Notes: generated by a model not told the origin, from the letters alone. A stretch of DNA of 64,000 nucleotides from Eledone cirrhosa (GCA_964016885.1 OZ024741.1:256308001-256372000), one strand, 5' to 3'. Numbered from the stretch's first letter, positions 12,501-27,302 are shown. Translations and numbers: made by a program.

Positions 12501-14343
12501 GTTTTGACTTACGAGTGTTTTGAGTTACGATTGTTTGGCTTACGAGTGTTCTGACTTACGGGTGTTCTGACTTACGAATGTTCCGACTTACGAGTGTTTC
12601 GGCTTATGAGGGTTTCGACTTACGAGTGCTTCGGCTTACGAGTGTTTCGACTTACGAGTGTTTCGGCTTACGAGTGTTTCGACTTACGAGTGTTTCGACT
12701 TACGAGTGTTTTGACTTACGGTGTTTCGGCTTACGAGTGTTTCGACATACGAGTGTTTTGACGTACGGGTGTTTCGACTTACGGGTCTTTCGACTTAAGA
12801 GTGTTTCGACATACGAGCGCTTCGACTTACGAGTGTTTCGACTTACGAGTGTTTCGGCGTATGAGTGTTTTGACTTACGAGTGTTTCGACTTACGAGTGT
12901 TTCGACTTACGAGTGTTTCGAATTACGAGTGTTTCGACTTACGAGTGTTTTGACTTACGAGTGTTTTGACTTCGGTGTTTCTGCCTACGAGTGTTTCGAC
13001 TTACGAGTGTTATGACTTACGGGTGTTTTCACATACGAGTGTTTCGACTTACGAGTGTTTTGACTTACGGGTGTTTTGACATACGAGTGTTTCGATACGA
13101 GTGTTCTGACTTACGAGTGTTCTGACTTACGAGTGTTCTGACTTACGAGTGTTTCGACATACGAGTGTTTTGACTTACGGGTGTTTCGACTTACGAGTGT
13201 TTTCACTTACGAATGTTTTGACTTACGGGTGTTTCGGCTTACGAGTGTTTCGACTTACGAGTGTTTCGGCTTACGAGTGTTTCGACTTACTAATATTTTT
13301 ACTTACGAGTGTTTCGGCGTACGAGAGTTTTGACTTACGAGTGTTTCGACTTACGAGTGTTTCGACTTACGAGTATTTTGACTTACGAATGTTTTAACTT
13401 ACGGGTGTTTCGGCTTACGAGTGTTTTGACTTACGAGTCTTTCGGCTTACGAGTGTTTCGACTTACTAATGTTTTTACTTACGAGTGTTTCGGCGTACGA
13501 GTGTTTCGACTTCCGAGTGTTTCGACTTACGGGTGTTTTGACTTACGGGTGTATCGGCTTACGAGTGTTTTGACTTACGAGTGTTTTGACTTAAGGGTGT
13601 TTCGACGTACGAGGATTTTTGGCTTACGAGTGTTTCGACTTACGAGTGTTTTGACTTAAGAGTGTTCTGATTTACGGATGTTTCGACATACGAGTGTTTC
13701 GACTTACGAGTGTTTCGACTTATGAGTGTTTCGACTTACGAGTGTTTCGACTTACGAGTGTTTCGGCTTGTGATTGTTTCGACTTACGAGTGTTTTGACT
13801 ACGGTGTTTCAGCTTACGAGTGTTTCGACTTACGAGTGTTTTGACTTACGGGTGTTTTGACATACGAGTGTTTCGATACGAGTGTTCTGACTTACGAGTG
13901 TTCTGACTTACGAGTGTTTTGACTTACGAGTGTTCTGACTTACGAGTGTTCCGACTTACGAGTGTTCCGACTTACGAGTGTTTCGGCTTACGAGTGTTTT
14001 GACTGAAGGGTGTTTCGACTTACGAGTGTTTCGATACGAGTGTTTCGACTTACGAGTGTTTCGGCTTACGAGTGTTTCGACTTACGAGTGTTTCGACTTA
14101 CGAGTGTTCCGACTTACGGGTGTTTCGAGTTAGGAGTGTTTTGGCTTACGGTGTTTCGACTTACGAGTGTTTCGAGTTAAGAGTGTTTTTACTTACGAGT
14201 GTTCTGATTTACGAGTGTTCTGACTTACGAGTGTTCTGACTTACGAGTGTTCTGACTTACGAGTGTTCTGACTTACGAGTGTTCCGACTTTACGAGTGAT
14301 TCGGGTCACGAGTGTTTCGGCTTACGAGTGTTTCGACTTACGA

Positions 14344-14412
14344 AAATAACAAATAGACGCGGTTTCAAATCTCTATGCTTTTCAAATTCATTACATTAAT
14401 CTTTATTTATAC
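14344..14412 (+). repeat. 69-bp element, copy 6
   Basis: Matches copy 1; right flank reads GTTTCGATTTACG. Confidence 0.96.
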
Positions 14413-15159
14413 GTTTCGATTTACGAGTGTTTCGACTTACGAGTGTTTCGACATACGAGTCTTTCGACTTACGAATGTTTTTGCTTACGGGTGTTTCGAC
14501 TTACGAATGTTTTTGCTTACGAGTGTTTCGGTTTACGAGTGTTCCGACTTACGAGTGTTCCGACTTACGAGTGTCTCGGCTTACGAGTGTTTCCGGCTTA
14601 CGAGTGTTTCAACTTACGAGTGTTCTGACTTACGAGTGTTCTGATTTACGGATGTTTCGACACACGAGTGTTTCGAATTACGAGTGTTTCGACTTACGAG
14701 TGTTTTGACTTACGGGTGTTTTGACATACGAGTGTTTCGATACGAGTGTTTCGACTTACGAGTGTTCTGACTTACGAGTGTTCTGACTTACGAGTGTTCT
14801 TACTTACGAGTGTTCCGACTTACGAGTGTTCCGACTTACGAGTGTTTCGGCATACGAGTGTTTCGGCTTACGAGTGTTTCGACTTACGAATGTTTCGAAT
14901 TACGAGTGTTCCGACTTACGGGTGTTTCGACTTACGAGTGTTTTGGCTTACGGTGTTTCGGCTTACGAGTGTTTCGAGTTACGAGTGTTTTGACTTACAC
15001 GTGTTTTGACATACGAGTGTTTCGATACGAGTGTTCTGACTTACGAGTGTTCTGACTTACGAGTGTTCTGACTTACGAGTGTTCTGACTTACGAGTGTTC
15101 CGACTTTACGAGTGTTTCGGCTCACGAGTGTTTCGGCTTACGAGTGTTTCGACTTACGA

Positions 15160-15228
15160 AAATAACAAATAGACGCGGTTTCAAATCTCTATGCTTTTCA
15201 AATTCATTACATTAATCTTTATTTATAC
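15160..15228 (+). repeat. 69-bp element, copy 7
   Basis: Matches copy 1. Confidence 0.96.
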
Positions 15229-17130
15229 GTTTCGCTTTACGAGTGTTTCGACTTACGAGTGTTTCGACATACGAGTGTTTCGGCTTACGAGTGTTTTGAT
15301 TTACGAGTGTTTTGACTTACGGGTGCTTCGACTTACGCGTGTTTCGACTTACGAGTGTTTCGACTTACGAGTGTTTCGACTTACGAGTGTTTCGGCTTAC
15401 GAGTGTTTTGACTTACGAAGTTTTGACTTACGATTGTTTCAGCTTACGAGTGTTTCGACTTACGAGTGTTCTGACTACGAGTGTTCTGATTTACGGGTGT
15501 TCTGACTTACGAGTGTTCCGACTTACGAGTGTTTCGGCTTATGAGTGTTTCGACTTACGAGTGCTTCGACTTACGAGTGTTTCGGCTTACGGGTGTTTCG
15601 ACTTACGAATGTTTTTGCTTACGAGTGTTTCGGCTTACGAGTGTTTCGGCTTATGAGTGTTTCGACTTACGAGTGTTTTGACTTACGGGTGTTTTGACAT
15701 ACGAGTGTTTCGATACGATTGTTCTGACTTACGAGTGTTTCCGCTTACGAGTGTTTCGGCTTACGAGTATTTCGACTTACTAATGTTTTTACTTACGAGT
15801 GTTTCGGTGTACGAGTGTTTCGACTTAAGGATGTTTCGACTTACGAGTGTTTCGACTTACGAGTGTTTCGACTTACGAGTGTTTTGGCTTACGAATGTTT
15901 TGACTTACGGGTGTTTCGACTTACGAGTGTTTCGGCTTATGAGTGTTTCGACTTACGGGCGTTTCGACTTACGGGTGTTTCGACTTACGAGTGTTTTGGC
16001 TTACGAATGTTTTGACTTACGGGTGTTTCGACTTACGAGTGTTTCGACTTATGAGTGTTTCGAATAACGAGTGTTTCGGCTTATGAGTGTTTCGACTTAC
16101 GAGTGCTTCGGCTTACGAGTGTTTCGACTTACGAGTATTTCGGCTTAAGAGTGTTTCGACGTACGAATGTTTTGGCTTACGAGTGTTTCGGCTTATGAGT
16201 GTTTCGGCTTACGAGTGTTTCGACTTACGAGTGTTTCGGCTTACGAGTGTTTCAGTGTTTCGGCTTACGTGTGTTTCGACTTACGAGTGTTTCGACTTAC
16301 GATTGTTTCGGCTTACGAGTGTTTCGGCTTACGAGTGTTTCGGCTTACGAGTGTTTTGACTTACGATTGTTTGGCTTACGAGTGTTCTGACTTACGGGTG
16401 TTCTGACTTACGGGTGTTCCGACTTACGAGTGTTTCGGCTTATGAGGGTTTCGACTTACGAGTGTTTCGACTTACGAGTGTTTCGGCTTACGAGTGTTTC
16501 GACTTACGAGTGTTCTGACTTACGACTGTTTCGGCTTACGAGTGTTTCGGCTTACGAGTGTTTCGGCTTACGAGTGTTTTGACTTACGATTGTTTGGCTT
16601 ACGAGTGTTCTGTCTTACGGGTGTTCTGACTTACGGGTGTTCCGACTTACGAGTGTTACGGCTTATGAGGGTTTCGACTTACGAGTGTTTCGACTTACGA
16701 GTGTTTCGGCTTACGAGTGTTTCGACTTACGAGTGTTCTGACTTACGAGTGTTCTGACTTACGAGTGTTCTTACTTACGAGTGTTCCGACTTACGAGTGT
16801 TCCGACTTACGAGTGTTTCGGCTTACGAATGTTTCGGCTTACGAGTGTTTCGACTTACGAATGTTTCGACTTACGAGTGTTCCGACTTACGGGTGTTTCG
16901 ACTTACGAGTGTTTTGGCTTACGGTGTTTCGGCTTACGAGTGTTTCGAGTTACGAGTGTTTTGACTTACACGTGTTTTGACATACGAGTGTTTCGATACG
17001 AGTGTTTCGGCTCACGATTGTTTCGACTTACGAGTGTTCTGACTTACGAGTGTTCTGACTTACGAGTGTTCCGACTTTACGAGTGTTTCGGCTCACGAGT
17101 GTTTCGGCTTACGAGTGTTTCGACTTACGA

Positions 17131-17199
17131 AAATAACAAATAGACGCGGTTTCAAATCTCTATGCTTTTCAAATGCATTACATTAATCTTTATTTATAC
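17131..17199 (+). repeat. 69-bp element, copy 8 (variant)
   Basis: Variant CAAATGCATTAC, shared with copy 18. Confidence 0.96.
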
Positions 17200-18283
17200 G
17201 TTTCGCTTTACGAGTGTTTCGACTTACGAGTGTTTCGACATACGAGTGTTTCGGCTTACGAGTGTTTTGATTTACGAGTGTTTTGACTTACGGGTGCTTC
17301 GACTTACGCGTGTTTCGACTTACGAGTGTTTCGACTTACGAGTGTTTCGACTTACGAGTGTTTCGGCTTACGAGTGTTTTGACTTACGATTGTTTCAGCT
17401 TACGAGTGTTTCGACTTACGAGTGTTCTGACTACGAGTGTTCTGATTTACGGGTGTTCTGACTTACGAGTGTTCCGACTTACGAGTGTTTCGGCTTATGA
17501 GTGTTTCGACTTACGAGTGCTTCGACTTACGAGTGTTTCGGCTTACGGGTGTTTCGACTTACGAATGTTTTTGCTTACGAGTGTTTCGGCTTACGAGTGT
17601 TTCGGCTTATGAGTGTTTCGACTTACGAGTGTTTCGACTTACGAGTGTTTCGACTTACGAGTGTTTCGGCTTACGAGTGTTTTGACTTACGATTGTTTCA
17701 GCTTACGAGTGTTTCGACTTACGAGTGTTCTGACTACGAGTGTTCTGATTTACGGGTGTTCTGACTTACGAGTGTTCCGACTTACGAGTGTTTCGGCTTA
17801 TGAGTGTTTCGACTTACGAGTGCTTCGACTTACGAGTGTTTCGGCTTACGGGTGTTTCGACTTACGAATGTTTTTGCTTACGAGTGTTTCGGCTTACGAG
17901 TGTTTCGGCTTATGAGTGTTTCGACTTACGAGTGTTTTGACTTACGGGTGTTCTGACTTACGAGTGTTTCGGCTTACGAGTGTTTCGGCTTATGAGTGTT
18001 TCGACTTACGAGTGTTTTGACTTACGAGTGTTCCGACTTACGAGTGTTTCGGCTTACGAGTGTTTCGGCTTACGAGTGTTTCGACTTACGAATGTTTCGA
18101 CTTACGAGTGTTCCGACTTACGGGTGTTTCGACTTACGAGTGTTTTGGCTTACGGTGTTTCGGCTTACGAGTGTTTCGAGTTACGAGTGTTTTGACTTAC
18201 ACGTGTTTTGACATACGAGTGTTTCGACTTTACGAGTGTTTCGGCTCACGATTGTTTCGACTTACGAGTGTTTCGACTTACGA

Positions 18284-18352
18284 AAATAACAAATAGACGC
18301 GGTTTCAAATCTCTATGCTTTTCAAATTCATTACATTAATCTTTATTTATAC
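18284..18352 (+). repeat. 69-bp element, copy 9
   Basis: Matches copy 1. Confidence 0.96.
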
Positions 18353-19905
18353 GTTTCGCTTTACGAGTGTTTCGACTTACGAGTGTTTCGACATACGAGT
18401 GTTTCGGCTTACGAGTGTTTTGATTTACGAGTGTTTTGACTTACGGGTGCTTCGACTTACGCGTGTTTTGACTTACGAGTGTTTCGACTTACGAGTGTTT
18501 CGACTTACGAGTGTTTCGGCTTACGAGTGTTTTGACTTACGAATGTTTTGACTTACGATTGTTTCGGCTTACGGGTGTTTCGACTTACGAATGTTTTTGC
18601 TTACGAGTGTTTCGGCTTACGAGTGTTTCGGCTTATGAGTGTTTCGAATTACGAGTGTTTTGACTTACGGGTGTTTTGACATACGAGTGTTTCGATACGA
18701 TTGTTCTGACTTACGAGTGTTTCCGCTTACGAGTGTTTCGGCTTACGAGTGTTTCGACTTACTAATGTTTTTACTTACGAATGTTTCGGTGTACGAGTGT
18801 TTCGACTTAAGGATGTTTCGACTTACGAGTGTTTCGACTTACGAGTGTTTCGACTTACGAGTGTTTCGACTTACGAGTGTTTTGGCTTACGAATGTTTTG
18901 ACTTACGGGTGTTTCGACTTACGAGTGTTTCGGCTTATGAGTGTTTCGACTTACGGGCGTTTCGAATTACGAGTGTTTCGACTTACGAGTGTTTTGGCTT
19001 ACGAATGTTATGACTTACGGGTGTTTCGACTTACGAGTGTTTCGACTTATGAGTGTTTCGACTTACGAGTGTTTCGGCTTATGAGTGTTTCGACTTACGA
19101 GTGCTTCGGCTTACGAGTGTTTCGACTTACGAGTATTTCGGCTTACGAGTGTTTCGACGTACGAATGTTTTGGCTTACGAGTGTTTCGGCTTATGAGTGT
19201 TTCGGCTTACGAGTGTTTCGACTTACGAGTGTTTCGGCTTACGAGTGTTTCAGTGTTTCGGCTTACGTGTGTTTCGACTTACGAGTGTTTCGACTTACGA
19301 CTGTTTCGGCTTACGAGTGTTTCGGCTTACGAGTGTTTCGGCTTACGAGTGTTTTGACTTACGATTGTTTCGCTTACGAGTGTTCTGACTTACGGGTGTT
19401 CTGACTTACGGGTGTTCCGACTTACGAGTGTTTCGGCTTATGAGGGTTTCGACTTACGAGTGTTTCGACTTACGAGTGTTTCGGCTTACGAGTGTTTCGA
19501 CTTACGAGTGTTCTGACTTACGAGTGTTCTGACTTACGAGTGTTCTTACTTACGAGTGTTCCGACTTACGAGTGTTCCGACTTACGAGTGTTTCGGCTTA
19601 CGAGTGTTTCGGCTTACGAGTGTTTCGACTTACGAATGTTTCGACTTACGAGTGTTCCGACTTACGGGTGTTTCGACTTACGAGTGTTTTGGCTTACGGT
19701 GTTTCGGCTTACGAGTGTTTCGAGTTACGAGTGTTTTGACTTACACGTGTTTTGACATACGAGTGTTTCGATACAAGTGTTCTGACTTACGAGTGTTCTG
19801 ACTTACGAGTGTTCTGACTTACGAGTGTTCTGACTTACGAGTGTTCCGACTTTACGAGTGTTTCGGCTCACGAGTGTTTCGACTTACGAGTGTTTCGACT
19901 TACGA

Positions 19906-19974
19906 AAATAACAAATAGACGCGGTTTCAAATCTCTATGCTTTTCAAATTCATTACATTAATCTTTATTTATAC
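19906..19974 (+). repeat. 69-bp element, copy 10
   Basis: Matches copy 1. Confidence 0.96.
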
Positions 19975-21479
19975 GTTTCGCTTTACGAGTGTTTCGACTT
20001 ACGAGTGTTTCGACATACGAGTGTTTCGGCTTACGAGTGTTTTGATTTACGAGTGTTTTGACTTACGGGTGCTTCGACTTACGCGTGTTTTGACTTACGA
20101 GTGTTTCGACTTACGAGTGTTTCGACTTACGAGTGTTTCGGCTTACGAGTGATTTGACTTACGAATGTTTTGACTTACGATTGTTTCGGCTTACGAGTGT
20201 TTCGACTTACGAGTGTTCTGATTACGAGTGTTCTGACTTACGGGTGTTCTGACTTACGAGTGTTCCGACTTACGAGTGTTTCGGCTTATGAGTGTTTCGA
20301 CTTACGAGTGCTTCGACTTACGAGTGTTTCGGCTTACGGGTGTTTCGGCTTATGAGTGTTTCGGCTTATGAGTGTTTCGACTTACGAGTGTTTTGACTTA
20401 CGGATGTTTTGACATACGAGTGTTTCGATACGATTGTTCTGACTTACGAGTGTTTCCGCTTACGAGTGTTTCGGCTTACGAGTGTTTCGACTTACTAATG
20501 TTTTTACTTACGAGTGTTTCGGTGTACGAGTGTTTCGACTTAAGGATGTTTCGACTTACGAGTGTTTCGGCTTATGAGTGTTTCGACTTACGAGTGCTTC
20601 GGCTTACGAGTGTTTCGACTTACGAGTATTTCGGCTTACGAGTGTTTCGACGTACGAATGTTTTGGCTTACGAGTGTTTCGGCTTATGAGTGTTTCGGCT
20701 TACGAGTGTTTCGACTTACGAGTGTTTCGGCTTACGAGTGTTTCAGTGTTTCGGCTTACGTGTGTTTCGACTTACGAGTGTTTCGACTTACGACTGTTTC
20801 GGCTTACGAGTGTTTCGGCTTACGAGTGTTTCGGCTTACGAGTGTTTTGACTTACGATTGTTTGGCTTACGAGTGTTCTGACTTACGAGTGTTTCGGCTT
20901 ATGAGGGTTTCGACTTACGAGTGCTTCGGCTTACGAGTGTTTCGACTTACCAGTGTTTCGGCTTACGAGTGTTTCGACTTACGAGTGTTTCGACTTACGA
21001 GTGTTTTGACTTACGGTGTTTCGGCTTACGAGTGTTTCGACATACGAGTGTTTTGACGTACGGGTGTTTCGACTTACGGGTCTTTCGACTTAAGAGTGTT
21101 TCGACTTACGAGCGCTTCGACTTACGAGTGTTTCGACTTACGAGTGTTTCGGCGTATGAGTGTTTTGACTTACGAGTGTTTCGACTTACGAGTGTTTCGA
21201 CTTACGAGTGTTTCGAATTACGAGTGTTTCGACTTACGAGTGTTCCGACTTACGGGTGTTTTGAGTTAGGAGTGTTTTGGCTTACGGTGTTTCGACTTAC
21301 GAGTGTTTCGAGTTAAGAGTGTTTTTACTTACGAGTGTTCTGATTTACGAGTGTTCTGACTTACGAGTGTTCTGACTTACGAGTGTTCTGACTTACGAGT
21401 GTTCTGACTTACGAGTGTTCCGACTTTACGAGTGATTCGGGTCACGAGTGTTTCGGCTTACGAGTGTTTCGACTTACGA

Positions 21480-21548
21480 AAATAACAAATAGACGCGGTT
21501 TCAAATCTCTATGCTTTTCAAATTCATTACATTAATCTTTATTTATAC
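21480..21548 (+). repeat. 69-bp element, copy 11
   Basis: Matches copy 1. Confidence 0.96.
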
Positions 21549-22279
21549 GTTTCGCTTTACGAGTGTTTCGACTTACTAGTGTTTCGACTTACGAATGTTT
21601 TTGCTTACGGGTGTTTCGACTTACGAATGTTTTTGCTTACGAGTGTTTCGGTTTACGAGTGTTCCGACTTACGAGTGTTCCGACTTACGAGTGTCTCGGC
21701 TTACGAGTGTTTCCGGCTTACGAGTGTTTCAACTTACGAGTGTTCTGACTTACGAGTGTTCTGATTTACGGATGTTTCGACACACGAGTGTTTCGAATTA
21801 CGAGTGTTTCGACTTACGAGTGTTTTGACTTACGGGTGTTTTGACATACGAGTGTTTCGATACGAGTGTTTCGACTTACGAGTGTTCTGACTTACGAGTG
21901 TTCTGACTTACGAGTGTTCTTACTTACGAGTGTTCCGACTTACGAGTGTTCCGACTTACGAGTGTTTCGGCATACGAGTGTTTCGGCTTACGAGTGTTTC
22001 GACTTACGAATGTTTCGACTTACGAGTGTTCCGACTTACGGGTGTTTCGACTTACGAGTGTTTTGGCTTACGGTGTTTCGGCTTACGAGTGTTTCGAGTT
22101 ACGAGTGTTTTGACTTACACGTGTTTTGACATACGAGTGTTTCGATACGAGTGTTCTGACTTACGAGTGTTCTGACTTACGAGTGTTCTGACTTACGAGT
22201 GTTCTGACTTACGAGTGTTCCGACTTTACGAGTGTTTCGGCTCACGAGTGTTTCGGCTTACGAGTGTTTCGACTTACGA

Positions 22280-22348
22280 AAATAACAAGTAGACGCGGTT
22301 TCAAATCTCTATGCTTTTCAAATTCATTACATTAATCTTTATTTATAT
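22280..22348 (+). repeat. 69-bp element, copy 12 (variant)
   Basis: Variant AACAAGTAG ... TTTATATG, shared with copy 22. Confidence 0.96.
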
Positions 22349-24156
22349 GTTTCGCTTTACGAGTGTTTCGACTTACGAGTGTTTCGACATACGAGTGTTT
22401 CGGCTTACGAGTGTTTTGATTTACGAGTGTTTTGACTTACGGGTGCTTCGACTTACGCGTATTTCGACTTACGAGTGTTTCGACTTACGAGTGTTTCGAC
22501 TTACGAGTGTTTCGGCTTACGAGTGTTTTGACTTACGAAGTTTTGACTTACGATTGTTTCAGCTTACGAGTGTTTCGACTTACGAGTGTTCTGACTACGA
22601 GTGTTCTGATTTACGGGTGTTCTGACTTACGAGTGTTCCGACTTACGAGTGTTTCGGCTTATGAGTGTTTCGACTTACGAGTGCTTCGACTTACGAGTGT
22701 TTCGGCTTACGGGTGTTTCGACTTACGAATGTTTTTGCTTACGAGTGTTTCGGCTTACGAGTGTTTCGGCTTATGAGTGTTTCGACTTACGAGTGTTTTG
22801 ACTTACGGGTGTTTTGACATACGAGTGTTTCGATACGATTGTTCTGACTTACGAGTGTTTCCGGTTACGAGTGTTTCGGCTTACGAGTATTTCGACTTAC
22901 TAATGTTTTTACTTACGAGTGTTTCGGTGTACGAGTGTTTCGACTTAAGGATGTTTCGACTTACGAGTGTTTCGACTTACGAGTGTTTCGACTTACGAGT
23001 GTTTTGGCTTACGAATGTTTTGACTTACGGGTGTTTCGACTTACGAGTGTTTCGGCTTATGAGTGTTTCGACTTACGGGCGTTTCGACTTACGGGTGTTT
23101 CGACTTACGAGTGTTTTGGCTTACGAATGTTTTGACTTACGGGTGTTTCGACTTACGAGTGTTTCGACTTATGAGTGTTTCGACTTACGAGTGTTTCGGC
23201 TTATGAGTGTTTCGACTTACGAGTGCTTCGGCTTACGAGTGTTTCGACTTACGAGTATTTCGGCTTAACAGTGTTTCGACGTACGAATGTTTTGGCTTAC
23301 GAGTGTTTCGGCTTATGAGTGTTTCGGCTTACGAGTGTTTCGGCTTACGAGTGTTTCAGTGTTTCGGCTTACGTGTGTTTCGACTTACGAGTGTTTCGAC
23401 TTACGACTGTTTCGGCTTACGAGTGTTTCGGCTTACGAGTGTTTCGGCTTACGAGTGTTTTGACTTACGATTGTTTGGCTTACGAGTGTTCTGACTTACG
23501 GGTGTTCTGACTTACGGGTGTTCCGACTTACGAGTGTTTCGGCTTATGAGGGTTTCGACTTACGAGTGTTTCGACTTACGAGTGTTTCGGCTTACGAGTG
23601 TTTCGACTTACGAGTGTTCTGACTTACGACTGTTTCGGCTTACGAGTGTTTCAGCTTACGAGTGTTTCGGCTTACGAGTGTTTTGACTTACGATTGTTTG
23701 GCTTACGAGTGTTCTGACTTACGGGTGTTCTGACTTACGGGTGTTCCGACTTACGAGTGTTACGGCTTATGAGGGTTTCGACTTACGAGTGTTTCGACTT
23801 ACGAGTGTTTCGGCTTACGAGTGTTTCGACTTACGAGTGTTCTGACTTACGAGTGTTCTGACTTACGAGTGTTCTTACTTACGAGTGTTCCGACTTACGA
23901 GTGTTCCGACTTACGAGTGTTTCGGCTTACGAGTGTTTCGGCTTACGAGTGTTTCGACTTACGAATGTTTCGACTTACGAGTGTTCCGACTTACGGGTGT
24001 TTCGACTTACGAGTGTTTTGGCTTACGGTGTTTCGGCTTACGAGTGTTTCGAGTTACGAGTGTTTTGACTTACACGTGTTTTGACATACGAGTGTTTCGA
24101 CTTTACGAGTGTTTCGGCTCACGATTGTTTCGACTTACGAGTGTTTCGACTTACGA

Positions 24157-24225
24157 AAATAACAAATAGACGCGGTTTCAAATCTCTATGCTTTTCAAAT
24201 TCATTACATTAATCTTTATTTATAC
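24157..24225 (+). repeat. 69-bp element, copy 13
   Basis: Matches copy 1. Confidence 0.96.
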
Positions 24226-25650
24226 GTTTCGCTTTACGAGTGTTTCGACTTACGAGTGTTTCGACATACGAGTGTTTCGGCTTACGAGTGTTTTGATTTA
24301 CGAGTGTTTTGACTTACGGGTGCTTCGACTTACGCGTGTTTTGACTTACGAGTGTTTCGACTTACGAGTGTTTCGACTTACGAGTGTTTCGGCTTACGAG
24401 TGTTTTGACTTACGGGTGTTTTGACATACGAGTGTTTCGATACGATTGTTCTGACTTACGAGTGTTTCCGCTTACGAGTGTTTCGGCTTACGAGTGTTTC
24501 GACTTACTAATGTTTTTACTTACGAGTGTTTCGGTGTACGAGTGTTTCGACTTAAGGATGTTTCGACTTACGAGTGTTTCGACTTACGAGTGTTTCGACT
24601 TACGAGTGTTTCGACTTACGAGTGTTTTGGCTTACGAATGTTTTGACTTACGGGTGTTTCGACTTACGAGTGTTTCGGCTTATGAGTGTTTCGACTTACG
24701 GGCGTTTCGACTTACGAGTGTTTCGACTTACGAGTGTTTTGGCTTACGAATGTTTTGACTTACGGGTGTTTCGACTTACGAGTGTTTCGACTTATGAGTG
24801 TTTCGACTTACGAGTGTTTCGGCTTATGAGTGTTTCGACTTACGAGTGCTTCGGCTTACGAGTGTTTCGACTTACGAGTATTTCGGCTTACGAGTGTTTC
24901 GACGTACGAATGTTTTGGGTTACGAGTGTTTCGGCTTATGAGTGTTTCGGCTTACGAGTGTTTCGACTTACGAGTGTTTCGGCTTACGAGTGTTTCAGTG
25001 TTTCGGCTTACGTGTGTTTCGACTTACGAGTGTTTCGACTTACGACTGTTTCGGCTTACGAGTGTTTCGGCTTACGAGTGTTTCGGCTTACGAGTGTTTT
25101 GACTTACGATTGTTTGGCTTACGAGTGTTCTGACTTACGGGTGTTCTGACTTACGGGTGTTCCGACTTACGAGTGTTTCGGCTTATGAGGGTTTCGACTT
25201 ACGAGTGTTTCGACTTACGAGTGTTTCGGCTTACGAGTGTTTCGACTTACGAGTGTTCTGACTTACGAGTGTTCTGACTTACGAGTGTTCTTACTTACGA
25301 GTGTTCCGACTTACGAGTGTTCCGACTTACGAGTGTTTCGGCTTACGAGTGTTTCGGCTTACGAGTGTTTCGACTTACGAATGTTTCGACTTACGAGTGT
25401 TCCGACTTACGGGTGTTTCGACTTACGAGTGTTTTGGCTTACGGTGTTTCGGCTTACGAGTGTTTCGAGTTACGAGTGTTTTGACTTACACGTGTTTTGA
25501 CATACGAGTGTTTCGATACGAGTGTTCTGACTTACGAGTGTTCTGACTTACGAGTGTTCTGACTTACGAGTGTTCTGACTTACGAGTGTTCCGACTTTAC
25601 GAGTGTTTCGGCTCACGAGTGTTTCGACTTACGAGTGTTTCGACTTACGA

Positions 25651-25719
25651 AAATAACAAATAGACGCGGTTTCAAATCTCTATGCTTTTCAAATTCATTA
25701 CATTAATCTTTATTTATAC
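25651..25719 (+). repeat. 69-bp element, copy 14
   Basis: Matches copy 1. Confidence 0.96.
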
Positions 25720-27302
25720 GTTTCGCTTTACGAGTGTTTCGACTTACGAGTGTTTCGGCTTACGAGTGTTTTGATTTACGAGTGTTTTGACTTACGGGTG
25801 CTTCGACTTACGCGTGTTTTGACTTACGAGTGTTTCGACTTACGAGTGTTTCGACTTACGAGTGTTTCGGCTTACGAGTGATTTGACTTACGAATGTTTT
25901 GACTTACGATTGTTTCGGCTTACGAGTGTTTCGACTTACGAGTGTTCTGATTACGAGTGTTCTGACTTACGGGTGTTCTGACTTACGAGTGTTCCGACTT
26001 ACGAGTGTTTCGGCTTATGAGTGTTTCGACTTACGAGTGCTTCGACTTAGGAGTGTTTCGGCTTACGGGTGTTTCGGCTTATGAGTGTTTCGGCTTATGA
26101 GTGTTTCGACTTACGAGTGTTTTGACTTACGGATGTTTTGACATACGAGTGTTTCGATACGATTGTTCTGACTTACGAGTGTTTCCGCTTACGAGTGTTT
26201 CGGCTTACGAGTGTTTCGACTTACTAATGTTTTTACTTACGAGTGTTTCGGTGTACGAGTGTTTCGACTTAAGGATGTTTCGACTTACGAGTGTTTCGGC
26301 TTATGAGTGTTTCGACTTACGAGTGCTTCGGCTTACGAGTGTTTCGACTTACGAGTATTTCGGCTTACGAGTGTTTCGACGTACGAATGTTTTGGCTTAC
26401 GAGTGTTTCGGCTTATGAGTGTTTCGGCTTACGAGTGTTTCGACTTACGAGTGTTTCGGCTTACGAGTGTTTCAGTGTTTCGGCTTACGTGTGTTTCGAC
26501 TTACGAGTGTTTCGACTTACGACTGTTTCGGCTTACGAGTGTTTCGGCTTACGAGTGTTTCGGCTTACGAGTGTTTTGACTTACGATTGTTTGGCTTACG
26601 AGTGTTCTGACTTACGGGTGTTATGACTTACGAGTGTTCCGACTTACGAGTGTTTCGGCTTATGAGGGTTTCGACTTACGAGTGCTTCGGTTTACGAGTG
26701 TTTCGACTTACGAGTGTTTCGGCTTACGAGTGTTTCGACTTACGAGTGTTTCGACTTACGAGTGTTTTGACTTACGGTGTTTCGGCTTACGAGTGTTTCG
26801 ACATACGAGTGTTTTGACGTACGGGTGTTTCGACTTACGGGTCTTTCGACTTAAGAGTGTTTCGACTTACGAGCGCTTCGACTTACGAGTGTTTCGACTT
26901 ACGAGTGTTTCGGCGTATGAGTGTTTTGACTTACGAGTGTTTCGACTTACGAGTGTTTCGACTTACGAGTGTTTCGAATTACGAGTGTTTCGACTTACGA
27001 GTGTTTTGACTTACGAGTGTTTTGACTTACGGTGTTTCTGCTTACGAGTGTTTCGACTTACGAGTGTTATGACTTACGGGTGTTTTGACATACGAGTGTT
27101 TCGACTTACGAGTGTTTTGACTTACGGGTGTTTTGACATACGAGTGTTTCGATACGAGTGTTCTGACTTAAGAGTGTTCTGACTTACGAGTGTTCTGACT
27201 TACGAGTGTTCTGACTTACGAGTGTTCTGACTTACGAGTGTTCCGACTTTACGAGTGTTTCGGCTCACGAGTGTTTCGGTTTACGAGTGTTTCGACTTAC
27301 GA

